Notes: generated by a model not told the origin, from the letters alone. Shown: positions 46,656 to 56,857, numbered from the stretch's first letter. The stretch is 64,000 bases of DNA from Patescibacteria group bacterium (GCA_003504275.1 DOAO01000007.1:75535-139534); one strand, 5' to 3'. A program made the numbers and translations.

Positions 46656-46890
46656 TTTGCGCAGGAGAAAGCCATTATCCATGGCTTTCGTGAAGGATTC
46701 GAAGCCTGATTGAGTATTTTTTCTAGTTCAGAGAACGAAGAAAAAATCCAATCAGGTTACTGGTCGTGTAACGACCGAAACTCCTTCCCTGATTTTTTAA
46801 CTGCTTCATTCGCGTAAGGATTCGAAAAGCTCCTCTCATAATTTTTAGGATTTTTTAATCCGAAAAAATGGGAAAGCTATATCTGTGTAT
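46656..46890 (+). ncRNA. candidate structured element downstream of tRNA-Tyr (trailer element copy 3), with partial tRNA-Tyr copies
   Basis: Begins GCGCAGG (the tRNA-Tyr 5' acceptor copy). Contains T-arm-like fragments GAAGGATTCGAA and CTCCTTCCCTG. Core GATTCGAAAAGCTCCTCTCATAATTTTTAGGATTTTTTAATCCGAAAAAATGGGAAAGCTATA is near-identical to copies 1 and 2. Confidence 0.4.
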
Positions 46891-46951
46891 AATAATAATT
46901 AATTTGATATAATTATTGTGCATTATATTTTATCAGTAGGTTAATAATAAA

Positions 46952-49900
46952 ATGAAGAAATTTATTGTAGTAATCATCTTGCTCTGTATGAGCGTGGTTT
47001 TTATAAAAAACATCTCTGCTTCTGGTCCAACTTATTTACCTGGGAATATTCTTATAAATGAATTCATGACAAGCACGGACGTCGGAGTTTCACAGTGGTA
47101 TGAATTAATAAATACAACAGAGGATAATATTAATTTGACCGAATGGGTGTTAAGTTCGGCTGTTAATGGTGAAATCAACATTGCGACGATACTCGACGAT
47201 GACACAATACCCGCTTACGGCATTGTGGTAATAGATACAGCTTACAATCCCGCAGATGATTTCGGCGATGTCCTTCAATTAAAAGATCCTACCGCTCAGG
47301 TGATTCACGCGGTTTCTTATGGCGATCAACCGGAGCCAGCTGAGCCAAACCATACAGACGCTCCGACCGTTGGAAGTACGGTTGCTTTAATTTCTGGTGT
47401 ATGGGGTTCTGCCCCTATGCCTACCAAGGGTTGGTTTAATGATGCAATAGATTGGACTTGCGAACAAATCAATGGAATAGATTCACCGGAAGTTCCTCCG
47501 ACACTGTCTTCTGTCGCGACATGCCTTTCTTCTGAAATGAGTCTTGAGACAAATTTGGGAGAAGGGTCGCCGATAAATCCCTCTGCTTTTTCAAGCTTAT
47601 ACTTCAGGATACCTGGTATGGGGATGATAACTTTCAATGACAATCTTAATCTTTCCGATCAAAATACTGTGACGGTTATACGGTCTCTTGCAGACAAACT
47701 TATGATGAGTACGGCTGGAACGGTAGGATTAAATCCTGATGCGTGTGATCCAATGTCTGGCCCTTGTATTGTTCCTGCGCCATCAGTCTTTAAGAACGTT
47801 AACGCAACTGTGGAATTTTATGGAGTAAATGCTCTAGGATTTTATAATGTTCCACCTATTTTGGTTAAGGATGATGAGGGGGTTATAATTCCATCAGATG
47901 ATCCAAGTTACCCCACAATTACTAATCTTTCATATGATGGGGGCCAAAATGATGGAACCGTATATTTGACTACAAACCATTTCACACAGTTTACTCTGGA
48001 TAATAGTGTTTATGTAGACGATGATTTTAGCGGAGATGGATCTGAAGCTAATCCTTTCGCAACGATAGCAGAGGGTGTTGCTAATGTTCCTGAGGGAGGT
48101 ATTGTTCATGTTGCAGCAGGTTCTTATGATGGAAATATTTTAATAGACAGATCGATGACTATTCAGGGGGTGAGTAGTACGACAATTACAGTTACGGCCC
48201 CCCTTGCTTCTCACGGGTTTGATGTAAGTGCGGACAATGTAACAATATCAGGGTTCACAATAACCGGCGCGACGGGTGGTGGGGGAGGGGGAAAGGCCGG
48301 TATAAATATAAATTCTGGCGTAGATAATCTAACGATATCCGATAATATCATAGCAGGGAACATGTATGGAATAAAAACAAAGGGAGCTATCACTGCCCTT
48401 AATGTGCAAAATAATTCCATTAACAATAATTCGTATTATGGTATCTATATTATTAAGGTGGTTGGTGATTTAACGGTTGTTGCCGACTGGACACTACAAA
48501 ATAACTCCTTCGAAAATGATTCTTATAATATTTACAGAGAAGGAACGACTGGTACCTTGAATGCTGAAAATAATTATTGGGGCTGGGACAATAGAGCCTA
48601 TGTGAAAAATTCCATCTACTATGTTAGCAATAATGGAGGTGTGGATTTTGTTCCTTTCTATACTGATGAGGAAAGAACCACCCTATCTGATCTTTATTTC
48701 ACATTTGATGTTGGGGCGGATGAAATGCATACCTACTTTTCGATTCAGGATGCTATTAATGAGGCTGATTGTGAAGCATCGACTACAGGAACAAGTAATA
48801 TAATTACGGTAGGTCCAGGATATTATTCAGAGACAATAAGTATGACAAAATCTGTAGACTTAAGGGGACCTAATTCAAATATCAATCCTATAACGGATGA
48901 GCGCGCTGATGAGGCGATACTGGATGGAGTATTGCCATTAATTCAGATGACTACCAATGGGGTGGCTAACGTAACAATAAACGGATTTAAATTGGTTGGT
49001 GCCACTGATGTGGCCGTTGCTGGAGCCATATACTCCAATAAATTAAATGCACACAACATCACGATTCGCGACAACATTTTTTCTGGTAGTCAGGGGCGAT
49101 CGATCTTTACATCACAAGGAGAAGAGGGGGTGTATCGAAACAATTGGCTTATAACTGAAAATGTTTTTGAGAATGTGGGAAGTGTAGAAGGAGATCCTTT
49201 TCAGGCGGCCATGATGATTCAGAGTATCGAGGGCAGTTCAATAACGAACAATCAGATTGATAACACTTCTTATGGGGGGATTCAATTGGGTCACTCCTCC
49301 TCTACTATTATATCTGGGAATAGTGTATCTAACGTACCACGATCGGGTATTCAGGTCGCCTACAGCACAGGGATTACTGTCACAGGGAACACTATTACGA
49401 ACGCTGGTAATGGCGAAGAAATGGTGGATGTTCGAGGGTTTGGGGTTCATACCGACGACACGACTGAGAATGGAGGCATTACATTTTATAATTATGATCA
49501 GCCAAATATTACCGTCACCAACAATACAATCAGCGGGTCTTACAATGGCATCGCAATCCGCAGTGTGGGTACTTCGGAGTTGGGAAATTTGGGAGAGGAT
49601 ATCCTTATTAACGAGAACAGTATAACGGGTAGTCTTAATTTTGCGGTGGAAAATCTTGCTCCCTCCGGACAGCTTAGCGCTGAGCATAATTACTGGGGAA
49701 GCTCCCTTCCTGATTTTGGAACGATAATGTCTGGTAGTGTTGATTATAATCCTTGGTGGACGACTGCTTCCGGTCCAGATGTTGTTTCCTCTTCTAACAA
49801 AGATATTTCTAGTTTTTCTATTTCCAGTCAAGTGGGTACTACTACGATAAATCAAACTACACATACTGTCTCGATGGTTGTTCCTTTTGGTACAGACGTT

Positions 49901-51121
49901 ACTGCTTTTTCGCCCACAATAACTCACACTGGTTTATTTATTAGTCCATCAGGTGGAACAGCGCAGGACTTTACGACACCACAAACATATACTGTTACCG
50001 CAATTGATTCTTCAACCCAAGAATATACTGTTTCCGTGGAGATTTTGTCTGATACTCAAACAGCTCCAAATGATTCAGGAAGCGCTACTGCCAGTTCCAC
50101 AAAACCTCAAGTTGTAATTAAAAATCCGACACAGGAGGTAAGTGTCTCAATAGAAAGCGGAACAATCGAGCCATCTATTGATGTGAGTGCATTTATCACT
50201 GATGGGGTTGGAGATATACCAAAAATTACTATTACATCTGCCAATGCGGGAAATGCTGTTATCTCAATTCCGCCTACGACAATTACAAGTGCGAGTACTA
50301 CATGGAATGGAATTCTTGCCGCGCCTACAGTAACCTCTGTTACTTTGCCGGAAACCTCAGGAGAAACAAAGACATTAAGTACTGCAATCGAAGTCGGATT
50401 TTCGGGAGTCAAATTGTCTTTTGATAAAGGAGTTAGGATTTTATTACCAAGTCAAGCTGGTAAAAGAGTGGGATATATTAGGACTGGAATAGAATTTACT
50501 GAGATAACCGCCACATGTTCTTCTGATTCTCAATCGGCTGGAGATGCTCTTGTTGCAGATGGTGATTGTAAAATCGATGTTGGCAGTGATTTAGTTATCT
50601 GGACGAAGCATTTTACAAGTTTTGCGTCTTATACTCAGACGACAAATACAACAACACCTTCTTCGGGTGGAGGTGGTATTGCAGGAAGTGGACCTACGGC
50701 AGTCGGTTACGTGGTGACTTATCCCCCTAGTCTGGTTCAATTAGCGCCTAAACAAATGTCAGAAATGACAATAGAAGAATTGAAGGCTGAGATATATAGA
50801 CTGACAGTATTGCTTCAAAGTCTCCGTACTCAAATAGAGCCACTAATCATTCGTCCATATGGTTTCGCTGTAAATTTAGCATTCGGTTCAAAGAATGAGG
50901 ATGTGAGAAATTTGCAAAAAGTTTTAAACAGCGATCTGGACACTGCGGTTGCACTCTCTGGGGCAGGATCAAGCGGGAATGAAACAAATTTTTTTGGAAC
51001 AGCTACAAGGGTGGCGGTGTTGAAATTTCAAAAGAAGTACGGTATTGCGCAGACTGGATTTGTAGGGCCCTTGACCAGGGCAAAATTACAGGAACTGTTC
51101 GGAACACATATAAATAACTAG
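46952..51121 (+). CDS. large secreted surface protein: signal peptide, lamin-tail-like domain, parallel beta-helix repeats, C-terminal putative peptidoglycan-binding domain
   Basis: N-terminal signal peptide MKKFIVVIILLCMSVVFIKNISA. LTD-like ILINEFMTS...WYELINTTEDNINLTEWVL. Many right-handed beta-helix (PbH1-like) repeats. C-terminal PG_binding-like region GTATRVAVLKFQKKYGIAQTGFVGPLTRAKL. Confidence 0.6.
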   Translation: MKKFIVVIILLCMSVVFIKNISASGPTYLPGNILINEFMTSTDVGVSQWYELINTTEDNINLTEWVLSSAVNGEINIATILDDDTIPAYGIVVIDTAYNPADDFGDVLQLKDPTAQVIHAVSYGDQPEPAEPNHTDAPTVGSTVALISGVWGSAPMPTKGWFNDAIDWTCEQINGIDSPEVPPTLSSVATCLSSEMSLETNLGEGSPINPSAFSSLYFRIPGMGMITFNDNLNLSDQNTVTVIRSLADKLMMSTAGTVGLNPDACDPMSGPCIVPAPSVFKNVNATVEFYGVNALGFYNVPPILVKDDEGVIIPSDDPSYPTITNLSYDGGQNDGTVYLTTNHFTQFTLDNSVYVDDDFSGDGSEANPFATIAEGVANVPEGGIVHVAAGSYDGNILIDRSMTIQGVSSTTITVTAPLASHGFDVSADNVTISGFTITGATGGGGGGKAGININSGVDNLTISDNIIAGNMYGIKTKGAITALNVQNNSINNNSYYGIYIIKVVGDLTVVADWTLQNNSFENDSYNIYREGTTGTLNAENNYWGWDNRAYVKNSIYYVSNNGGVDFVPFYTDEERTTLSDLYFTFDVGADEMHTYFSIQDAINEADCEASTTGTSNIITVGPGYYSETISMTKSVDLRGPNSNINPITDERADEAILDGVLPLIQMTTNGVANVTINGFKLVGATDVAVAGAIYSNKLNAHNITIRDNIFSGSQGRSIFTSQGEEGVYRNNWLITENVFENVGSVEGDPFQAAMMIQSIEGSSITNNQIDNTSYGGIQLGHSSSTIISGNSVSNVPRSGIQVAYSTGITVTGNTITNAGNGEEMVDVRGFGVHTDDTTENGGITFYNYDQPNITVTNNTISGSYNGIAIRSVGTSELGNLGEDILINENSITGSLNFAVENLAPSGQLSAEHNYWGSSLPDFGTIMSGSVDYNPWWTTASGPDVVSSSNKDISSFSISSQVGTTTINQTTHTVSMVVPFGTDVTAFSPTITHTGLFISPSGGTAQDFTTPQTYTVTAIDSSTQEYTVSVEILSDTQTAPNDSGSATASSTKPQVVIKNPTQEVSVSIESGTIEPSIDVSAFITDGVGDIPKITITSANAGNAVISIPPTTITSASTTWNGILAAPTVTSVTLPETSGETKTLSTAIEVGFSGVKLSFDKGVRILLPSQAGKRVGYIRTGIEFTEITATCSSDSQSAGDALVADGDCKIDVGSDLVIWTKHFTSFASYTQTTNTTTPSSGGGGIAGSGPTAVGYVVTYPPSLVQLAPKQMSEMTIEELKAEIYRLTVLLQSLRTQIEPLIIRPYGFAVNLAFGSKNEDVRNLQKVLNSDLDTAVALSGAGSSGNETNFFGTATRVAVLKFQKKYGIAQTGFVGPLTRAKLQELFGTHINN

Positions 51122-51343
51122 ATAAATAACCCCTTCTCAGGATTCCGCTCCGTCATACCTGGAGTTTCCCTTACTGGCATAAGGAGTCCTTGTGGATATA
51201 TGTGACTGTATGGAATGGACTAAGGTCATACACCCAATCCCCGCCCTCCTAAGTAGATAAATTGGGTAATTGGAGGAGGGAGTTTATGGTGGAGTTTTGA
51301 TTATTAATAAAATAATACCACTTTCCAGACAGGAGTATTTTAT

Positions 51344-51372
51344 TTGACTCTTTGTTATTATGAGTGTATATT
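51344..51372 (+). promoter_or_regulatory. sigma70-like promoter upstream of def
   Basis: TTGACT, 17-nt spacer, TATATT. Confidence 0.45.
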
Positions 51373-51423
51373 CATAATATTATATAGGCGGGTTTTGAGA
51401 TATTTTTAAACAAAATAGTAAAA

Positions 51424-51954
51424 ATGGTAGAGATAATTCAAAAGGATGATAAAATTCTACGAGAAATTTCGAAAGAAGTTTCTGTCTCTGAAATAACAAA
51501 ACCGGAAATACAAAAAATTATTTCCGATATGAATTCCGCACTGGATTCTCAGTATGATGGAGTTGCAATAGCTGCACCTCAGATTGGTGTGTCTCTTCGA
51601 ATTTTTATAATACCTAAAAGAGTTTTTGAAAACAGAGATTTTATTAAACAAATAGGTTCCATAGATAATCTGAAAGAAGAAATTAAGCAAAATCTGGTTT
51701 TTATTAACCCTGTTATTAAGAAGTTATCTAAGGATAAAAAATTAATGGAAGAGGGTTGTCTGTCTGTTCGTCCCATATTTGGTAACGTTAGAAGAGCCAC
51801 CAGGGCTACTGTAGAAGCTTATAATGAAAAAGGTGAAAAATTTATAATGGAAGGAACCGGTTTATTGGCTCACATATTTCAACATGAGGTTGACCATTTA
51901 GAAGGAATACTTTTTACAGATAAAGCAAAAAATCTTCGCGAGATTAAAATATAG
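51424..51954 (+). CDS. def: peptide deformylase
   Basis: GVAIAAPQIG, EGCLSV, and QHEVDHLEG (HExxH). Confidence 0.85.
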   Translation: MVEIIQKDDKILREISKEVSVSEITKPEIQKIISDMNSALDSQYDGVAIAAPQIGVSLRIFIIPKRVFENRDFIKQIGSIDNLKEEIKQNLVFINPVIKKLSKDKKLMEEGCLSVRPIFGNVRRATRATVEAYNEKGEKFIMEGTGLLAHIFQHEVDHLEGILFTDKAKNLREIKI

Positions 51955-51998
51955 TTTTTTGGTTTTTTAAATAACAAATTATTAATAAAAATTGAATT

Positions 51999-52304
51999 AT
52001 GCCAAGACCTCAACGTTGTTTGTGCCAAGGTATAAAATTTAGACCAAATGTAGTTTATTTCAAGCCCCAAGGTGTTCCGATACAAGATCTTGAGGTTGTA
52101 GAACTATCGATGGAAGAAATTGAATCTTATCGCTTACGCCATATAGATGACTTAGATCAAAAGGAATCTGCTGAAAGAATGCATACGTCTCAAAGTACTT
52201 ATCAGAGAATACTTAATTCAGCATATAAAAAAATTGCCGATTTTTTGATAAATGGCAAAGCAATTAAGGTTGTTGAGCACGAACAATTTGTTATTAGAAG
52301 TTAA
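51999..52304 (+). CDS. DUF134 (UPF0251) family predicted DNA-binding protein
   Basis: MPRPQRCLCQGIKFRPNVVYFKPQGVP N-terminus. C-terminal HTH-like region. Confidence 0.6.
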   Translation: MPRPQRCLCQGIKFRPNVVYFKPQGVPIQDLEVVELSMEEIESYRLRHIDDLDQKESAERMHTSQSTYQRILNSAYKKIADFLINGKAIKVVEHEQFVIRS

Positions 52305-52321
52305 AAATAAATAAATATAAC

Positions 52322-53065
52322 ATGACACTACTTTATATATTATTGGCCACACTTTCCATAACATTCTGCGTTTTTGTGGCTGTCGGTTTTTTGTATATAA
52401 AAAAAGAGATTTTACCAAAGATATTGTTGACACTAGTTTCTCTTTCTGCTGGTGCTTTGATGGGGGGCGCATTTTTGCACCTTTTACCGGAATCAGTTTC
52501 TTCAGGTGTTGGGTTTGATACTGCTGGGTTGATTGTTTTATTATCGTTTATTTTTTTTCTTTTAGTAGAAAAATTTCTTCATTGGCATCATTGTCACAAG
52601 GCAAATTGTGATATCCATGGCAGTATTGGTCGCATCAATCTCTTGGGAGACTCTATCCATAATTTTATTGATGGTCTTGTGATAGCCGCTTCTTTTTTGG
52701 TTGATTTCAATACAGGAATAGCAACATCATTGGCAATAGCACTACACGAGATACCTCAAGAAATTGGGGATTTTGGTGTTCTTTTGTATGCAGGATATAA
52801 CAGAAAAAGGGCGCTAATCTTTAATTACCTAGTCGCAACGACAGTGGTATTGGGAGGTTTGGCGGGTTACTTCTTTAATTTTATGATTGAGGGTGTAATG
52901 CCTTACTTATTGCCATTTGCAGCCGGAGGATTTATTTATATTGCAGCCTCCGACCTTATACCTGAAGTACGAAAAGAAACAAGTGTAAGTAAGTTTATGC
53001 TTCACCTCAGTGTTTTTGTTATAGGTATTATTTTCATGTTTTTAATAAAATTTATTCACGAATAA
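52322..53065 (+). CDS. ZIP-family divalent metal transporter (ZupT-like)
   Basis: HNFIDGLVIAASF and HEIPQEIGDFGVLL metal-binding motifs. 8 TM helices. Confidence 0.7.
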   Translation: MTLLYILLATLSITFCVFVAVGFLYIKKEILPKILLTLVSLSAGALMGGAFLHLLPESVSSGVGFDTAGLIVLLSFIFFLLVEKFLHWHHCHKANCDIHGSIGRINLLGDSIHNFIDGLVIAASFLVDFNTGIATSLAIALHEIPQEIGDFGVLLYAGYNRKRALIFNYLVATTVVLGGLAGYFFNFMIEGVMPYLLPFAAGGFIYIAASDLIPEVRKETSVSKFMLHLSVFVIGIIFMFLIKFIHE

Positions 53066-53076
53066 TTTTTAAATTT

Positions 53077-53346
53077 ATGAAAGTATTAAAATTTGGAGCA
53101 GTTTGGTGTTCTGGTTGTCTTGTAATGAGACCAAGGTGGAAGGAAATAGAAGAGGAAAATAAATGGATGAAAAATGAATATTATGATTTCGACAAAGATA
53201 AGGAGATGGTAGAAAAATACAAAATAGATCAAAATTTACCCACTTTTGTTTTTCTGGATAAAAATAATAATGAGATAATGCGTTTGAGCGGGGAGCCATC
53301 AAAGGAAGAGTTACTTAAGTTGATTGAAGTGCACAAAGACAAATAA
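53077..53346 (+). CDS. thioredoxin-fold protein
   Basis: WCSGC active site. 89 aa. Confidence 0.6.
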   Translation: MKVLKFGAVWCSGCLVMRPRWKEIEEENKWMKNEYYDFDKDKEMVEKYKIDQNLPTFVFLDKNNNEIMRLSGEPSKEELLKLIEVHKDK

Positions 53347-53355
53347 CCAAAATAT

Positions 53356-54561
53356 ATGTTTAAAAAAATTATTTTCTCAATCTTTTTATTTTCTCTGTTT
53401 TTGATACCAGGGTATATTTTTGCTCAAGAAAATAAAAATATTGTTAATGTTTATTTCTTTTGGGGCAACGGTTGTCCCCATTGTGCTAATGAGAAGCCGT
53501 TTTTGGATAAAATTGAAAAAGAAAATGAATATGTTCATATTAATAGGTACGAGGTTTGGGAAAATAAAGAAAACCTTGATTTACTTATTAATATTGGTAA
53601 AGAGCTGGGGGTAAATGTTTCAGGGGTTCCTTTGACGCTGGTTGGGGATGAATCTTTTGTTGGATATGCTGAAGGGTATACATCTAAACAAATAGAAGAC
53701 AGAATTGCTTATTGTTCCACTAATAAATGCAAAGATTCCGTTGCATCTCTTGCTGGACTAGAAACATCAAACGGAGATGGTGAGGTACTAGCTTCTTTTA
53801 CAAAGAAGGAAATTCCAGAAAGCATTAACTTACCAATAGTAGGAAATATAAATATTAAAAACTTTTCCCTGCCTCTTCTTACGGTTATTTTGGGTGGTTT
53901 GGATGGTTTTAATCCCTGTGCAATGTGGACACTTCTCTTTCTGATAAGTCTTCTTTTGGGAATGGAGAATAAGAAAAGAATGTGGATATTGGGCAGTGCT
54001 TTCATAATAAGTTCAGCCCTCGTGTATTTTATGTTCATGGTGGCATGGTTAAATTTACTTTTATTTCTTGGATTTATTGTTTGGGTAAGAATTTCCGTGG
54101 GTTCTTTGGCTTTAATTGGTGGGGGTTACAATATAAGAGAGTATTTTATGAGTCAAACCGCAGGATGTAAAATTACTGGATCAGAAAAAAGGCAGGCTGT
54201 TTTTGAAAAATTAAAAAAAATTACACAAGAAAATAGCTTTTGGTTGGCACTTGTTGGTATCGTTATCCTTGCTTTTGCTGTTAATTTGGTAGAGTTGATT
54301 TGTTCCGCCGGATTACCGGCTGTTTATGCTCAAGTTCTTGCGCTTAGCGAACTCTCTTCCTTGCAATACTATTTATACATTTCCTTGTATATATTTGTTT
54401 TTATGTTAGACGATTTGGTTGTCTTTTTCATTGCCATGTACACACTGGAGATGGTTGGAATTACAACTAAATATACAAAATGGTCTCATTTAATAGGCGG
54501 GTTATTGATGGTAATAATAGGCTTCCTGCTTATTTTAAGGCCAGATTTGTTAATGTTCTAA
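53356..54561 (+). CDS. thioredoxin-like domain fused to CcdA/DsbD-type transmembrane disulfide-reductant domain
   Basis: N-terminal signal peptide and WGNGCPHC. C-terminal multi-TM region with a conserved Cys in a helix (GLDGFNPCAMWTL), as in the DsbD/CcdA family. Confidence 0.6.
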   Translation: MFKKIIFSIFLFSLFLIPGYIFAQENKNIVNVYFFWGNGCPHCANEKPFLDKIEKENEYVHINRYEVWENKENLDLLINIGKELGVNVSGVPLTLVGDESFVGYAEGYTSKQIEDRIAYCSTNKCKDSVASLAGLETSNGDGEVLASFTKKEIPESINLPIVGNINIKNFSLPLLTVILGGLDGFNPCAMWTLLFLISLLLGMENKKRMWILGSAFIISSALVYFMFMVAWLNLLLFLGFIVWVRISVGSLALIGGGYNIREYFMSQTAGCKITGSEKRQAVFEKLKKITQENSFWLALVGIVILAFAVNLVELICSAGLPAVYAQVLALSELSSLQYYLYISLYIFVFMLDDLVVFFIAMYTLEMVGITTKYTKWSHLIGGLLMVIIGFLLILRPDLLMF

Positions 54562-54604
54562 AAATAAGTAATCATGTATCTAAGGAATAATTTTTTATTT
54601 TAAA

Positions 54605-55666
54605 ATGATTATTAAAAAACTACTCATTATTTTATTTTTAATTCCATTTTTTGTTATTGCCGAAAGCCCTGAAATTTTTAAAGGTGAGGTGTTGGATATT
54701 ACGTTTGAGGAAGATACTATAATTCCGGAAATAAATTTAGAAACTTTTGTTCAGGATCTAAAAATAAAGATTATTGAAGATAACAATAAAGAGAAGATTA
54801 TAGACGTAAAGAATGACTACATAAGGCTTAAGAAGGGGGATAGGGTTTTTGTAGAAAACACTGGAAACGGTACAAAGGAAGAGGGCAGTTTTATCATAAA
54901 AGAAAAAGATAGAACTGGTCCTCTTTTTTATTTTCTAATAATATTTGTTTCCTCAATAATTTTTTTTGGTGGAATGCAAGGTGTTAGATCTGTGTTCAGT
55001 TTGTTTTTAAGCTTTGTTGCAATTGGTTATATCCTTATTCCCGCAATAATGAGCGGTTACTCACCAGTATTAATAAGTAGTGCGGTTGCAACAGCAATAT
55101 TATTTATTGCTATATATTTTACACATGGTTTCAATAGAGAATCCACCTCGGCCTTTTTAGGAACGGTAATCTCCGTAATCGTTACTGGTTTTTTATCTTA
55201 TGTTGGAGTAAAAATGGCTCAATTTACAGGAATGGGAACAGAAGAGGCTTTTATCCTTAGTTTACATGGAGGTGTAAGTATCGATTTTTCGGGTCTACTT
55301 TTGGGAGGTATTATAATTGGAACCTTGGGTGTTTTGGATGATGTTGCTGTAACGCAATCTATTGTCGTAAGGGAAATTTATAAACTACAAAAAGATATGA
55401 AATTTTCCGATGTCTATAAACGTGCGTTGTCTGTTGGAAAGGAGCATGTTGGAGCAATGGTTAACACTCTGGCCTTGGCTTACACGGGAGCGTCTTTGCC
55501 TCTTATTCTTATTTTTTACAAAAGCGAATATCCCGTGTCTCTTATTTTGAGTCAGGAGATATTTTCCGTTGAAATAATGAGGACTGTGGTTGGAAGTATT
55601 GGGTTGATTTTTTCAGTTCCATTAACCACAGCTTTTGCTGTTTATCTTTTAAGGAGTAAAATTTAA
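54605..55666 (+). CDS. YibE/F-family membrane protein
   Basis: N-terminal signal/soluble domain followed by ~8 TM helices. YibE/F-like GMQGVRSVFSLFLSF. Confidence 0.5.
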   Translation: MIIKKLLIILFLIPFFVIAESPEIFKGEVLDITFEEDTIIPEINLETFVQDLKIKIIEDNNKEKIIDVKNDYIRLKKGDRVFVENTGNGTKEEGSFIIKEKDRTGPLFYFLIIFVSSIIFFGGMQGVRSVFSLFLSFVAIGYILIPAIMSGYSPVLISSAVATAILFIAIYFTHGFNRESTSAFLGTVISVIVTGFLSYVGVKMAQFTGMGTEEAFILSLHGGVSIDFSGLLLGGIIIGTLGVLDDVAVTQSIVVREIYKLQKDMKFSDVYKRALSVGKEHVGAMVNTLALAYTGASLPLILIFYKSEYPVSLILSQEIFSVEIMRTVVGSIGLIFSVPLTTAFAVYLLRSKI

Positions 55667-55670
55667 ATAT

Positions 55671-56099
55671 ATGAAAAAATATCTTTTAATTGGAACTTTT
55701 TTAACAGTAGGATTATTTGTCTATAATTTTTATTCTCCAGGTGTCTGTCTTGGAGGAGAGTGTGAAGTAATTTCAAATATAGAGCAGACTGCTAGTTTGT
55801 CTAATCCTGAAATTATTCAAAAACAGCTAAATATTGGCCAATTTGTTCTAATTGATGTAAGGGAGGACGAAGAGTGGGACACTGGACACATTTTGGGAGC
55901 AAAACATATACCCTTAAGTAGTTTAAATGAAGAAACCACAAGAAATATTCCTAAAGATAAAATAGTTTATCTTTATTGTCGTTCAGGTAAGAGAGCTAAA
56001 AACGCTGAGACCATAATGAATGATTTGGGTTTTGAAAAAGCTAAGGGTATTGGTGGAATTGTGGAATGGCAAGAAAACGGAGGTGTATTGGTTCAATAG
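55671..56099 (+). CDS. rhodanese-like sulfurtransferase domain protein
   Basis: LIDVREDEEWDTGHI...YCRSGKRA, with the active-site Cys in CRSG. Confidence 0.65.
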   Translation: MKKYLLIGTFLTVGLFVYNFYSPGVCLGGECEVISNIEQTASLSNPEIIQKQLNIGQFVLIDVREDEEWDTGHILGAKHIPLSSLNEETTRNIPKDKIVYLYCRSGKRAKNAETIMNDLGFEKAKGIGGIVEWQENGGVLVQ

Positions 56100-56130
56100 A
56101 AGTATGCGTCTTTATTATTAATATATAAAA

Positions 56131-56838
56131 ATGAATAAAAAGAATTTATTAGTGGTATCGTTATTTTTTGTTTTATTCTTGATTCTTAGTTTTAATTTAA
56201 ATCAGAAAAAAAATACAAATTCAAATAATTTAAACAATAAATACGAAGAATATGTAGTTGATTCCGGAGATATGATAAAAGAAAAAGACCTCTCCGTGTC
56301 TATATTAGATTTAAATATTACAGCAGAAGAGAAGGCCGGTCTCATTCTTATGAGGGAAGAGGAGAAATTGGCCAGAGATGTATATCGTCACCTTGGGGAA
56401 AAGTGGGGAATGAATATTTTCTTTAATATAGCAGATAGCGAACAAACACATACTAATGCTATTAAGGTACTGCTTGAACGTTATGGCGTAGAGGATCCTG
56501 TTAAAGACGATATTTCGGGTAAATTTACTTCTTTGGAAATGTCCAAATTGTACGAAGAATTAATACAAAAAGGAGAAAAGTCTATTGTCGATGCGATTAT
56601 GGTGGGTGCCATTATAGAGGATCTTGATATAAAGGATTTGGAGGTTCTTTTGGGACAAACGACAAAAGAGGATATTGTTTTAACTTATAAAAACCTTCAA
56701 AAAGGTTCTAGAAACCATCTTCGTGCTTATTCAAAAAATTTAGATCGTCAAGGAATTACATATGCTCCGCAATACATATCTGAGGAAATATACAAACAAA
56801 TAATTTCTTCTGAACAAGAGAGGGGAACAGTAAAATAA
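56131..56838 (+). CDS. DUF2202 ferritin-like domain protein
   Basis: LILMREEEKLARDVYRHLGEKWGMNIFFNIADSEQTHTNAIKVLLERYG. Confidence 0.55.
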   Translation: MNKKNLLVVSLFFVLFLILSFNLNQKKNTNSNNLNNKYEEYVVDSGDMIKEKDLSVSILDLNITAEEKAGLILMREEEKLARDVYRHLGEKWGMNIFFNIADSEQTHTNAIKVLLERYGVEDPVKDDISGKFTSLEMSKLYEELIQKGEKSIVDAIMVGAIIEDLDIKDLEVLLGQTTKEDIVLTYKNLQKGSRNHLRAYSKNLDRQGITYAPQYISEEIYKQIISSEQERGTVK

Positions 56839-56857
56839 CCCGTCATTCACAAATAAA

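Noticed and set aside
49238-49927. 229-aa minus-strand ORF inside the giant surface-protein gene, and many other antisense ORFs (e.g. 1138-1641, 9680-10096, 44259-44804)
   Set aside because: They lie wholly inside well-supported genes on the opposite strand. They are compositionally odd (Arg/Ser/Ile-rich) and lack start context. These are shadow ORFs.
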